NCBI GenBank assembly: GCA_963422735.1
Contig: OY730476.1
Location: 3,520,001 to 3,584,000 of the forward strand
Origin: Candidatus Latescibacterota bacterium
Lineage (GTDB): Bacteria > Latescibacterota > UBA2968 > UBA8231
Length of the DNA: 64,000 nt
Reading direction: 5' to 3'
The notes beneath the pieces are model-generated. The model ran no database searches, had not been told where the DNA came from, and worked only from the letters and a program-made list of their open reading frames with translations. Shown here piece by piece: positions 1 through 10,700 of the stretch. Positions within the stretch are counted from its first letter, which is position 1; every line of letters begins with the position of its first letter. The translations under genes were made by a program, and so were the position numbers.

Positions 1-3000
1 TACAACCATCACTCTGGTTGACGCCGACAAGCCAAGTACGGAGATCAATCTCTCGTTCTCTGATACCGATATAAGCAAGAGGGATGGTGCGACCGATATT
101 GTCGTGACGGCTACCTTGAATGGAAAGAAGCTAAAAAAAGACGTGAGTTTTCAATTGATTATTCCTCCTGGAGAAAGTAGCGATACTGGGACGGCGAAGC
201 GCGATATAGACTACTCGGATACGATGGCCAAGATAACCATTCCAGACCGCAAGGTGTCGGGAAAAGCGACGATAACCATCCGTCCTAAGAACGCAGGAAC
301 CGGTCTTATCTGGGTGGGAGCTCCTTCTGACGCCAAGCTAACTAATGACGAAAACAACCCCATAAAGGTTAATTCTAATAAAATCGAGATAACTGGCGAT
401 CCCGCTAAAGAAATTACCGGGCTGACACCGACTCCTTTCTCGATACGCGAGGATGCTGGGGAGAAGAAGATTACGCTGAAAATTTCCTTGCAGAACGCCT
501 TGTTGACTGACGAGACGGTGCAGTTCACTATTGAGGACGACAGCGACGGCCTGTGTGAGGATTCGGATTCCGATTGCCCGTTCTATGGCGCAGTGAATGC
601 ACAGCGCGATGTAGATTATCGTGCGGACGTGAAGCCGCTGATCATTCCGAGGGGCGAGACAGAAGGGACGACGACGATTACCGTCACTCCCATCTCCAAC
701 AAAAAGGAGGATTCTCCGCGGGCCTTCACAGTGAATGCGAGGGTTGGAAGCAACAAACCCTTAAGTGCAGGAATCTTGATTACCGACGACGATACACCAA
801 GCGATTCGATCACGCTAGAGGTGAGTCCGGACGAGATAAACGAGGAAGCGGGGGCGACCGAGGTTACGGTGACCGGCACCTTGAACGGGAAGGAGTTCGA
901 CAACGACGTGGTCGTGTTATTGGTTATCAATGACGATATTAACCGCGATGGGACGGTGGATGACAAGGATAAGGCGGCGACGCGCGATGCAGATTACACT
1001 GCCGACCTTCACCCTTTGGTGATTAAGGGCGGCTCGGTGTCGGGGACGACGAAGATCACCATCACCCCCATTGACGACGACGACGAGGAAGACGACGAGA
1101 AGATCGGCTTGCGGACTCTGGAGTCTAGACCTCCCATAGGCAAAGATGATGACGACCTCGAAGATCTGGAGGTCACCCCCGTGACGATAACGCTGAAAGA
1201 CACCGACGACGAAGATCAACGGCCACAGCCGAAGGATCCGAAGCTCCCGGCCTTCGCCGACAGCGCTGCAGTCGCCAACCAGAAGTACGCGGTTGGAACG
1301 GCGATTGCCGCTCTTGTACTGCCGGAAGCTACGGGCGGCGATGGCGACCTGAGGTACAGCGTCTCGACCCTGCCGAAGGGCCTATCGTTTGACGCGGCCA
1401 CGCGGACGATTTCAGGCACCCCTTCGGAAGCGACGAAAGGCGCGGTCAACATCATCTACACGGTGATCGACGACGAAAAAGACGCCGCCGCATTAACTTT
1501 CTCCATCACAGTCAACGCTGATGAGACGCCGCCGCCCTCCCCAACTGCAGACGCTCAGCTAACGGCGGTTCCTTCGTCGATCCGCGAGGACGCCGAGGAG
1601 ATACAAATCTCGTTGACTGTGGCCTTGGCGGCTCCCAAGAAAATTGCCGAGATAGTGAGGTTTACGCTTGTCGATCCAAGCGAAGGCACGAAGGCCGTGC
1701 GCGATGTGGACTACAAAGCGACATTGGGGAAAGTCGTCTCCATCCCGGTCGGTGATACCGTAGGGAAGACGACCTTCACCATCCGCCCCCAAAACAACGG
1801 TGATAAGGATGGCCCGAGAATGTTAGGTGTGCAGGCTGCGTTCGCATCCGGTGGGACGCTATCGACGAACATCGAGATAGCCGACGACGAAACGTCTAGT
1901 ACATCCATTGCGCTGTCGGTAAGTCCTACGGTGATCGCGGAAGGCGATACGAGCACTGTTAAGGTGACAGCTACGTTGAACGGGAAGCCATTGCAAGAAG
2001 AAGCAATTGTTACTGTATCTATTGATAATGCGTCGACAGCGACGCGCGATGTGGATTACTCCTCCAAGGATTTCAATCCACGGCTTGTGATTCCGGCCGG
2101 AAAGACAACGGGCGCGACGACCTTTACAATCATCTGCTCACCCGACGATATAGCGGAGGGCAACGAGACCATCAAGCTGACCGGTGATTCAGGTCTGGAG
2201 GTTGACGCGGTAGAGATCACGCTGAGCGACCGAGCAGCGGAGGCGGAGGAGCCGGAGGCGGAGGAGGCGTCCCTTGCCTTCCCCGATGACGCTCCAGTTG
2301 ACGACCAAGTGTACACCGCTGGATGGGTGATAGCCGATCTCGTGCTACCGGCTGCTACGGGCGGCGATGGCGACCTGACGTACAGCGTCTCGGCCCTGCC
2401 GAAGGGCCTGTCGTTTGACGCGGCCACGCGGACGATTTCGGGCACCCCTTCGGAAGCGACGGACGGCGCGGTCAACATCATCTACATGGTGATCGACTAC
2501 GAAAAAGACGCCGCCGCGTTAACTTTCTCCATCACGGTCAACACGCCGTTGGAGTTTGATCTGAAAGACTTTTTCGATTTTTTTAGCGGGATGGGCAAGG
2601 CCAACCCAACGTCTGATCCCACGATGTTGGCTGCAATCGACGGCTTCGTCGTTGGCCAGCGCGTGGCGGGTCTCGTGCTGCCGGTGGGTACCGGCGGCAC
2701 CGCCCCGCTGACGTATAGCCTCTCGCCGGGGTTGCCGGCGGGTCTGTCGTTTGACCCGGTCACGCGGACGGTGTCGGGCATACCCACGGCTGAGGGCCAA
2801 CCCGTATATACCTACACAGTTACGGACGCCCACGGCGCGCAGGCGTCGCTTTCGTTGCAGACGCGGCCGACCGCCTTCGCCTTAGCAGATAATTATCCGA
2901 ACCCGTTCAACCCCTCGACGACGATCCGGTATGCGTTGCCGCAGGCGTCGGATGTGGAACTGCGGGTGTATAACGTGGTGGGTCAGGCAGTTCGGACGTT

Positions 3001-3151
3001 GGTATCCGAGCATCAGAGCGCCGGTCGGTATGTAATCGCGTGGGACGCGACCAACGACAGCGGACAGCACTTGTCGTCCGGGCTGTATTTCTACCACCTG
3101 CAGGTGGGCGGACAGTTTCACGACGTCAAGAAGATGCTGCTGCTCAAGTAA
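1..3151 (+). CDS. Large secreted/surface protein, 5'-truncated: Calx-beta-like repeats, putative Ig (He_PIG) domains, C-terminal FlgD-Ig/T9SS type A-like sorting domain
   Basis: Frame is open from base 2 (TTITLVDADKPSTEINLSF...). Recurrent A.RD.DY motifs, LPKGLSFDAATRTISGTP He_PIG motifs, C-terminus NYPNPFNPSTTIRY...SSGLYFYHLQ...KKMLLLK. Confidence 0.85.
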   Translation, partial: TTITLVDADKPSTEINLSFSDTDISKRDGATDIVVTATLNGKKLKKDVSFQLIIPPGESSDTGTAKRDIDYSDTMAKITIPDRKVSGKATITIRPKNAGTGLIWVGAPSDAKLTNDENNPIKVNSNKIEITGDPAKEITGLTPTPFSIREDAGEKKITLKISLQNALLTDETVQFTIEDDSDGLCEDSDSDCPFYGAVNAQRDVDYRADVKPLIIPRGETEGTTTITVTPISNKKEDSPRAFTVNARVGSNKPLSAGILITDDDTPSDSITLEVSPDEINEEAGATEVTVTGTLNGKEFDNDVVVLLVINDDINRDGTVDDKDKAATRDADYTADLHPLVIKGGSVSGTTKITITPIDDDDEEDDEKIGLRTLESRPPIGKDDDDLEDLEVTPVTITLKDTDDEDQRPQPKDPKLPAFADSAAVANQKYAVGTAIAALVLPEATGGDGDLRYSVSTLPKGLSFDAATRTISGTPSEATKGAVNIIYTVIDDEKDAAALTFSITVNADETPPPSPTADAQLTAVPSSIREDAEEIQISLTVALAAPKKIAEIVRFTLVDPSEGTKAVRDVDYKATLGKVVSIPVGDTVGKTTFTIRPQNNGDKDGPRMLGVQAAFASGGTLSTNIEIADDETSSTSIALSVSPTVIAEGDTSTVKVTATLNGKPLQEEAIVTVSIDNASTATRDVDYSSKDFNPRLVIPAGKTTGATTFTIICSPDDIAEGNETIKLTGDSGLEVDAVEITLSDRAAEAEEPEAEEASLAFPDDAPVDDQVYTAGWVIADLVLPAATGGDGDLTYSVSALPKGLSFDAATRTISGTPSEATDGAVNIIYMVIDYEKDAAALTFSITVNTPLEFDLKDFFDFFSGMGKANPTSDPTMLAAIDGFVVGQRVAGLVLPVGTGGTAPLTYSLSPGLPAGLSFDPVTRTVSGIPTAEGQPVYTYTVTDAHGAQASLSLQTRPTAFALADNYPNPFNPSTTIRYALPQASDVELRVYNVVGQAVRTLVSEHQSAGRYVIAWDATNDSGQHLSSGLYFYHLQVGGQFHDVKKMLLLK

Positions 3152-3178
3152 GCATCCATCCATGCACAGCGCGTTCGT

Positions 3179-3220
3179 GAAATAGGGCCTCAGTTTGATA
3201 TTTGAGGCCCTATTTCTTAT
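3179..3220 (+). terminator. Intrinsic terminator-like hairpin
   Basis: Perfect 14-bp stem GAAATAGGGCCTCA / TGAGGCCCTATTTC followed by TTAT, directly after the stop codon. Confidence 0.75.
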
Positions 3221-3277
3221 CTATTCTATAAATAGCGAGTAATTATCGGGATGCTATTTCTACAAGTAAGGAGTTGA

Positions 3278-6200
3278 GTGATGCTACATGCAAAGTTGTT
3301 CATGCGGTGCTTGGCTTGGGGGCCTTGGCTGCTGGCCGTCGGTTTGGTGTTGGGATGGAGCGGGGAAGCTGAAGCACAGACAGACTTGAAGTTGTCGGTG
3401 AATCCTAATAGTGTGCGCGAAGACGCCGGTGCGACCGCTATCACTGTAACTGTTGAAGTTACTGATGATACCGCGGTGGATGCGGATACGTATGTGCTCT
3501 TGAGTGTATCCAGTCAGGGTCTTAATAGTCGCTTCAACATCAGGCTGACCGATCTCGTGATTCCGGCTGGCAAGAAAAAGGCAACCGGGACATTCACTAT
3601 CATCCCCATTGACGATGAGTCCGCCGACGAGGATCTCTCTATTGAGATCAGCGGCAATGCTGGCAGTAAAACAGTGAAGCCGACGACGATTACGCTGATT
3701 GACAACGACAAAGCTAGCAAAAAAATCTCGCTGTCGGCGGATATTGTCGAGCTGAACAGGTTCGATGGTGCGACCAAGATCGCCGTGACGGCTACCTTGG
3801 ACGGTAAGGCGCTAAACAGCGCGACGAGTTTTGCCTTGACGATTGGCGATCATCCCGACTTGGATAGCCCGATCGACGATGCCGGTGCGACGGCGGACAA
3901 TCGCGAGGCGCAGCGCGACTTGGACTACACGGTAACACTGGCGACGATCACGATTCCGAGAAATGCAGTGTCGGGGACCGCGACGATTACCGTTACTCCC
4001 AGCCGCCGCGGCTTGCCGGGTACGATCCGGTTGGGGGTGCCTGATAGGGATGCGGATACCGAAGGGATCCAGCTTGCAGTGGGTGGGCTAACGGTCAGTC
4101 CGGTGGACATAAAAATAAAAAAAGAGGCCGCTGCTACAGCCGATACCGTTACGCTTAGTCAAGAGAGCATACGCGAGAGCGCTGGTGAGACGACAATCGA
4201 GCTAAAAGTCACCTTGACGAGTGCCTTGATAAAGGACGAGGTGATGCGGCTCGTCCTTTTGTCGGACGGCGCGGCTTTGCCGTCTGGTGGCACGGTGTCG
4301 GGCACTCCGACCCGCGATATACATTACACGCTGGCCTTTGGTCCGCCGGTCACCATTCCGGCCGGTGCGACCGAGGCGACGACGAAGTTTACCCTGACCC
4401 CGAGGAACGACACCGAGGCGGTCACGCGCGGGTCGATATATATACAGGTCATGATCGGCAGCGTCTCGGTGGTTAAAACGATAGCCATTGCCGACGACGA
4501 CGCGAATAGCACGAAGATCTCGCTGGAGGTGGCTCCGACCGCGATCAGCGAAGGGTCGGGTAGTACCGATGTGGTGGTGACCGGAACGTTGAACGGGAGA
4601 GCCCTCGGTGATGACTTGGTCGTGCTCTTGACCATTGACCCCGATCCCAAGGATACAGACGCAAAGGGCAAGGTCGTTGATGTTGTTGAGGCGACGCGCG
4701 ATATAGACTACAGGGCCGTCTTGCGTTCGCTGCGGATTCCGGCTGGCGCATTGTCGGGGACGGCGACGATTACCATCACTCCTGTTGATGACAATGTAGT
4801 GGATTCCGGCGAGAAGATCAGGCTGACCGTGCCAAACAAGCAAATCTCCGCCAGAAGTGCTGAAGGGGACGTTCTCCAGTTGACGGTTGGCACCGTGGAT
4901 ATAACGCTGAAAGACGGCGAGGACAGTGCGTCAGACGGCGGCGAGGACAGTGCGCCTTCCTTTGCCTTGGGTGCCTCCATCGCCGACCAGGCGTACACAG
5001 TTGGGGTGGCGATTGCCAGTTTGGTGCTGCCGGCCGCTACGGGTGGCGACGGTTCCCCGACGTATAGCGTTTCGGCTCTGCCGGCGGGTTTGGTTTTTGA
5101 CCCGTCCACGCGGACGCTTTCGGGTGCGCCCACGGCTGCGACCAACGGTGCAGTCGTTGTTACCTACACGGCGACCGACAGCGATGGCGACGCGGCCGAG
5201 CTGACCTTCACCGTTGCTGCAACGGCTGCAACGGCTGCAACGGCTGAAGACGGTGCGATGCTGGCCTTTGCCTCGGGTGCATCCATCGCTGACCAGGCGT
5301 ACACAGTTGGGGTGGCGATTGCCAGTTTGGTGCTGCCGGCCCCTACGGGTGCTGACTGCGCCTTGACGTATAGCGTTTCGGCTCTGCCGGCGGGTTTGGT
5401 TTTTGACCCGTCCACGCGGACGCTTTCGGGTACGCCCACGGCTGCGACCGACGGTGCGGTCGTTGTTACCTACACGGCGACCGACAATGATGAAGAAAAA
5501 GAAAGCGTGGAGTTGGCTTTCACCATCACGGTCAACTCGGCACTGTCTTTCGGGGAGATATCTAGGGTGATGGCTGCTGGGCTGACGGCGGAGCCAGCGG
5601 TGGTGCTCGAAAATGCTGGGGCGACGGCAATCTCGCTGACGTTTACCTTGGCGTCCGCCTCGCTGACGAACGAGGCCGTGCTGTTCTCTATTGTGGAGCC
5701 AAGCAACGGCCCTGCGGCGGTGCGCGATGTGGACTACACTGCGGAACTGGAGGCGCTCATCATCATTCCGGCTGGTACTACTGAGACGACGACAACGCTG
5801 ACTCTCACTCCCACCAACGATAATAACGAGGGCCCGAAGGCTTTGGGTGTGCAGGCCTTGCTCGTATCAACGGGCGAGATATTAGTGAAGGACATTGAGA
5901 TCGCCGCCGCCGCCGCGTCTAGTAAGTCCATCACGCTGTCGGCGAGTCCGAGCACGTTGAGCGAGCAGGACGATTTGACCGCTATTAGGGTGACCGCCAC
6001 GTTGAACGAGGCATTGGGATCAGACGCGACCGTGCATTTGGCCATTGACGACGCGTCCACGGCAACGCGCAATTTGGACTACGTCACGCTGTTTACTCCT
6101 AGCCTGGAGATTCCGGCCGGCTCGATAACTGGGACGATGAGACTTTACGTCGATCCAGTTGCCGATGACTTGGAGGAAGGCGACGAAGTCATCAGGCTGA

Positions 6201-6571
6201 TCGGTACGATTGACGGGCTAACAGGGGACGAAGTAGAAATCACGATAAGTGAATCAGCAGCGGCGAAGGCAGTGATTCAGACGCGGCCGGCCGCCTTTGA
6301 GTTAGCGAATAATTATCCGAACCCGTTCAACCCAACGACGACGATCCGGTATGCGCTGCCTTTGTCTTCGGATGTGGAACTGACGGTGTATAACATGGTC
6401 GGTCAGGCGGTTCGGACGTTAGTGTCCGAGCATCAGAGCGCCGGTCGCTACTCGGTGGAGTGGGACGCGACCAACGATAGCGGACATCGCTTGTCGTCGG
6501 GGTTGTATTTCTACCACCTGCAGGTGGGTGGACAGTTCCACGATATCAAAAGGATGCTGTTGCTCAAGTAA
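3278..6571 (+). CDS. Large secreted/surface protein, paralog of the upstream gene (Calx-beta-like + He_PIG + FlgD-Ig/T9SS-like CTD)
   Basis: Signal peptide ending ...WSGEAEA|Q. A.RD.DY repeats, two LPAGLVFDPSTRTLSG He_PIG copies, NYPNPFNPTTTIRY...KRMLLLK C-terminus. Confidence 0.88.
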   Translation: MMLHAKLFMRCLAWGPWLLAVGLVLGWSGEAEAQTDLKLSVNPNSVREDAGATAITVTVEVTDDTAVDADTYVLLSVSSQGLNSRFNIRLTDLVIPAGKKKATGTFTIIPIDDESADEDLSIEISGNAGSKTVKPTTITLIDNDKASKKISLSADIVELNRFDGATKIAVTATLDGKALNSATSFALTIGDHPDLDSPIDDAGATADNREAQRDLDYTVTLATITIPRNAVSGTATITVTPSRRGLPGTIRLGVPDRDADTEGIQLAVGGLTVSPVDIKIKKEAAATADTVTLSQESIRESAGETTIELKVTLTSALIKDEVMRLVLLSDGAALPSGGTVSGTPTRDIHYTLAFGPPVTIPAGATEATTKFTLTPRNDTEAVTRGSIYIQVMIGSVSVVKTIAIADDDANSTKISLEVAPTAISEGSGSTDVVVTGTLNGRALGDDLVVLLTIDPDPKDTDAKGKVVDVVEATRDIDYRAVLRSLRIPAGALSGTATITITPVDDNVVDSGEKIRLTVPNKQISARSAEGDVLQLTVGTVDITLKDGEDSASDGGEDSAPSFALGASIADQAYTVGVAIASLVLPAATGGDGSPTYSVSALPAGLVFDPSTRTLSGAPTAATNGAVVVTYTATDSDGDAAELTFTVAATAATAATAEDGAMLAFASGASIADQAYTVGVAIASLVLPAPTGADCALTYSVSALPAGLVFDPSTRTLSGTPTAATDGAVVVTYTATDNDEEKESVELAFTITVNSALSFGEISRVMAAGLTAEPAVVLENAGATAISLTFTLASASLTNEAVLFSIVEPSNGPAAVRDVDYTAELEALIIIPAGTTETTTTLTLTPTNDNNEGPKALGVQALLVSTGEILVKDIEIAAAAASSKSITLSASPSTLSEQDDLTAIRVTATLNEALGSDATVHLAIDDASTATRNLDYVTLFTPSLEIPAGSITGTMRLYVDPVADDLEEGDEVIRLIGTIDGLTGDEVEITISESAAAKAVIQTRPAAFELANNYPNPFNPTTTIRYALPLSSDVELTVYNMVGQAVRTLVSEHQSAGRYSVEWDATNDSGHRLSSGLYFYHLQVGGQFHDIKRMLLLK
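4955..5530 (+). repeat. Near-identical tandem He_PIG domain duplication separated by a (GCTGCAACG)x3 linker
   Basis: ~4955-5215 and ~5262-5530 share long identical DNA stretches. The linker encodes AATAATAATA. Confidence 0.8.
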
Positions 6572-6595
6572 GCATCCATCCATGTACAACGCGTT

Positions 6596-6634
6596 AGCAA
6601 AATGGGCCTCGATTTGAGGCCCATTTTGCTGTTT
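6596..6634 (+). terminator. Intrinsic terminator-like hairpin
   Basis: Perfect 15-bp stem AGCAAAATGGGCCTC-GATTT-GAGGCCCATTTTGCT, homologous to the hairpin at 3179. Confidence 0.75.
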
Positions 6635-6657
6635 AGCGGTGAGGTCGCACCGCTGAT

Positions 6658-6693
6658 GGGGCGGGGTTTTGCACTCCGCCCCTTTTTATTTTC
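6658..6693. terminator. Second hairpin between convergent genes
   Basis: GGGGCGGGGT-TTTGC-ACTCCGCCCC followed by TTTTTATTTT. Confidence 0.6.
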
Positions 6694-6703
6694 TCGCGCC
6701 CGT

Positions 6704-7708
6704 CTAACGCTCGGCTTGGTGGTAAGGCGGGGGTTGAGGGAGCGTGTCGAGGAGGGCGGATCGAGTGGGGAAGAGGAGCCGGGCTTTTGCGGGCGTTATG
6801 GAGAAGACGTGGCCGGTGGTGTGGAGGCGGAGGTAGCGGCCTTGGTCGTCGGCTGCGCCAATGGCGAGCGTGTCTATTGTGCCCTCTTCGTCTTCAAGAT
6901 AAAGGTAGCGGGCCTGAGCAAAGGCATCGGTCTGGCCCGGATCGTGCAAAGCCGACCACGTCAAGCGTTTGAGAAAGTCGGTGTAGGCCTCTGCATTCGC
7001 GGAGAGGCAGATCTCCGCGCCAGCCGCAGAGAAGGCAACCCACTCGTAGGTCGGCATCATAGGGGTCGGAGTTGTCATGGCTTTTAGCTGGTGGCTGAGG
7101 GATTGCACCGGGTAGGAAGGGTCGCTGGCGAAAGCGATTCGCCGGAGGCCCTTGCGCTGTAAGGCTTGGGGCAGGACTCGATGGTCGAGCATAGGAACCG
7201 GCGGCGCGGTGTCGAGGGCATGGGCAGGATGAGCGTGGAGATGGAAGATGCTGTCGGCACCAACGCGCTGGACATACGATTCCCCAGCGCGTGCCCCGGG
7301 GGCACCGCGCCCTTGGCGCACTTCCAGCAAAGGACGGCCCTGTTGGTCGAGCAGGTGGATGCGGACACTACCCGGGCCGAGGCCATAGCGGGCCAAGTCC
7401 CCAAGCTCGGCCGAGACGAAGGTCGCCGGCGTAGCGAGCAGACTCTGGAGCAGGTGCTCGACGCGGCGATTGAGGACAATAGCGCGGTGATACGCTGGGA
7501 AATACCAAGTGTTCCCGCGCCGGACATAGTGCCAGCGCCGTCCGGCGGCGCGGATTTCAATCTGAGCGACGGCTGAAGCCGGCTCAGGTGCCAAGAGGCG
7601 CAAAGTCCCGGCGGTGCGGCGCACAGTGCGCTGGTGCTCGCGCAGCGTACTCTCCCCGAGGACGAGCAGGACCAGCAAGGCCCCCAGTGTGCAGAGCAAG
7701 CGGATCAC
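6704..7708 (-). CDS. DUF4340-type membrane-anchored periplasmic protein (gld-like ABC accessory)
   Basis: N-terminal TM helix and DLARYGL motif; lies after gldG-like gene. GTG start overlaps the upstream TGA (GTGA at 7705-7708). Confidence 0.7.
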   Translation of the reverse strand: MIRLLCTLGALLVLLVLGESTLREHQRTVRRTAGTLRLLAPEPASAVAQIEIRAAGRRWHYVRRGNTWYFPAYHRAIVLNRRVEHLLQSLLATPATFVSAELGDLARYGLGPGSVRIHLLDQQGRPLLEVRQGRGAPGARAGESYVQRVGADSIFHLHAHPAHALDTAPPVPMLDHRVLPQALQRKGLRRIAFASDPSYPVQSLSHQLKAMTTPTPMMPTYEWVAFSAAGAEICLSANAEAYTDFLKRLTWSALHDPGQTDAFAQARYLYLEDEEGTIDTLAIGAADDQGRYLRLHTTGHVFSITPAKARLLFPTRSALLDTLPQPPPYHQAER

Positions 7709-10700
7709 GCTCGCCTCGTGCGGCGATAGAGGGCATAGCCCAAAAACAGCAGCGGCCCCGCGCCCACCACCAACACTCGCCACAGGCGCTTGGCCTCGGT
7801 GCTCTGGAAGGGAAAGCCGCGCGGAGTTGGCCGCCGCGCCTGTAAGGTGCTTAGCTCTGCGCCATAAGCGTTGTACGCCACAGCATTGAGCAAGAATTGA
7901 TCGTGATGAAAGCCCGGGACCAACAGGTGCTCGTTTTTGAACATCTCCGAAGAGCCAATCAGGAGTAGAGCACCCGGTTGCCGCGGGTGCTCGCCCACGC
8001 GCTGGAGCACGGCGCGACCATCCTCGTCTTCAGTAAAGGCGACCTCGGGAAAAGGCCCGGTAAGCAACGCGACTAGGGGTTGGGGGCCGGACAGGTATGT
8101 CTGCGGGGCGAAGACCTCCGGTGGTAGCCAACCACCCTGCCATGGGTACGCCCAGGCTTGGGACGAGGTGGAGATTAGGGTTTGGGCCGTTATGCCCGCA
8201 CTGCTTAGCTCTGCTGGGTGCAGGGCAAGTCGGTTCCCCCAGATAAAGAGCAGGTCGCCGAGGTGTCGGGTGATGGGAGAGGTGCGGTCGTAGTACTGGC
8301 CGACAGCGCGAATCAAGAAAGGCAAGGCGACCTTTTGCGGGTCGTACTCGCGCACGGCGGTGCGATTGACTTGGGTCTCTAGGTCGAGGTGGGACTGGGT
8401 GCGATCGAAGAGCACTTCGCGGAGCTGTTCGACGCCAAAGAGCTGGAGGTAGCGGTCGAGGTCTTGGAATTGGGGCTGGGGCCAGTACACCGTCTGAAAC
8501 CCCGCGCCGCGGTACTGGCGTTGCTGGATGTTGAAGTGCTGCATGGCGACAATGGCCTTGCCCCCCTGCGCGAGATACTGGCTCAGCAACAGCAGGATCG
8601 GACCCGAGTCGCGGCGCGGCTGCATCCACAACAAGACATCTATGTCTGAGGGCATGCTCGGCGTGCGGGGGTTGATGTAGTGGACGTCGTAGAGATAGTC
8701 GGCGAGTAGGGCTTTCAAGTCGCTGTACACGTCGGTGCCGCCCGGAGCGATGAGGCCTTTCTTTTGGTAGTCTTCGAGGGCTTCGGCCGGCGAGAGGCGC
8801 GGCAAGTCGGAGATGACAGCCACGCGCATTTTGCGCCCCTGTTGCAGGCTGTGGGCGGCTGCAGCCAAGAGGAATTCGAGATGGCGCAGTGTGCGCTGGT
8901 CGAGTCGCGGCACGGCAATGCTGTGCCCATTGCCCCGCAGGTACAGGCCGCTCCATACGTATTGGGTGGCGAGGGTGTCGTTGAGGACCCTTTCAGTTGG
9001 GAAGGGCAACAGCCCCTCGGCGGCGAACGCCTGCCGCTGGTCGGGGGTCAGCACATCGGGTCGGATCACGCGCAGAGGAATGTTGCAGTCGGCGAGCAAG
9101 GTGCGGATGCGGTCTTCGGCGTCTTTGAGTTGTCGGGGCATGGAAGCCCGGTGCGTGGCGATCAGCTCGGCGGATAGGGACGTGCCCTGCAACAAGCGGC
9201 CCAAAAGCGGCGAGGGTGTGTTGAGCTGGTCTGCCGTCAGGTCGAGATAGGGGCCGCGTCCGCGCCAGACGAGTGCGCCAACGAGGAGCACCAAGCCGGC
9301 GAGGCCGAGCTGTCGGCCCCAACGGCCGATCGGCCAGCTCGGGCGGCCGTAGCGCAGATAGTGCCTAACACCGAGGCTGACAAACGCCAGCGGAACCAAA
9401 AAGATGGCAAAGAACCGCCAGAAAAAACGGGCGAGTGCGCCGGGCGGAACGAGCCGCTGCGGCCCGCCCTTTTCCACGCGTCCCCGCAATATGCGCTCCG
9501 GTTCGCCGTAGGTGCGGGTGAGGTTTTGTAGGAAGACGCGGTGGGCGTAGCCGGGCTGGTTGATGATGCCGTCTTGAAAGGGCGACGCGCTGGCCAAGAC
9601 GAATAGTTGCCCTTGCCAAGGGTCGTCCGGCTTGAGCAGGACCAGCAAATTCTGTTTGGGCACGGGCAAGCCACCGGTTAAATCGGCGTCGGTGAAGGAG
9701 TCTGCCGGCAGGGGCAGGACGCGGGGGCTTTCGGTGGTGGTGCCGACAATTTCCGCGTGGAAGCCCTTGGCTTTTGCGATCTGCGGATTCACTTCGAGCG
9801 CGCTGGCGGCGACGAAATTAAGCCCACCTCGGCCTGGTGCCGCAAAACTCTTCATATTGTAAAAAGCAGGTAGCACCCGCAGGTGAAAAGGCGCGACGAC
9901 CTCGCCCGAGTCGAGGGCGATCGGCCCGGTGTTTTTATCGACGAGCAGGTCCGGCACCGGCCGGATGCCAAAGGGCTGGAGCAGTTGTCCCCAAGCAGGC
10001 GGCGTGTGATGTACCCAATAGGAAATCGCGTCCTCTGCTGGGGAATAGCCGATCTGATAGGTGCTGCCGGCGAGCACGGCACTGCGGCCGGATGCTAGAA
10101 AGGCAAGCAACTGCCGCACGTGCTCGGGCGTGGCGACCTCAGGCTGGATCCAAAACAGCACGTCAATTTTCGGGGGAATGGTGGGGTCGCTGTTGAGGTC
10201 TAGCTCGATGACCGGCCCAGCCTCGTTGAGAAAGGCCGCCAAAAGCTGAAAGGGCGGCGGTGCCGAGACGCCAAAGGTCGATTGCGGCGGTGCTCGTCCG
10301 GTCTGCAGTTGGGCGATGACGTACTCCTCTAGATAAAGCAGGTGCTCTGGCTCTATGCTTTGGACGAGCACTTCGGGCGCGTCGGTACGCGCAATTACCA
10401 GCGAGGACCAGATTTTCTGCTCGGAATGCTCGTCGTGCAACACCCGCCGTACGCTGAAGGAGGAGGCCCTTTTGCTAGCCGCATAGCCGATGCCCGCGCC
10501 CCCGCTCTGGTCCGGATCGATAACCCGATAGTTGATGCGGTCGGGCGCGTGGTCGCGCAGCGCCGACAGAAGCTGGCGGACTTGGGGTTCGAGTTCTTTG
10601 AGGTGCGCCGGCATATTTTCGCGGGCGGTGGCAAAGTAGGTGATGGAGAGCGGGGCGTCTAAGGAGCGGAGGTAGTGCTCGGTCGCCGGCGCGAGCGTGG

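Noticed and set aside
6602-7087. 161-aa ORF after the second Ig protein
   Set aside because: It starts inside a terminator hairpin and is antisense to the DUF4340-like gene.
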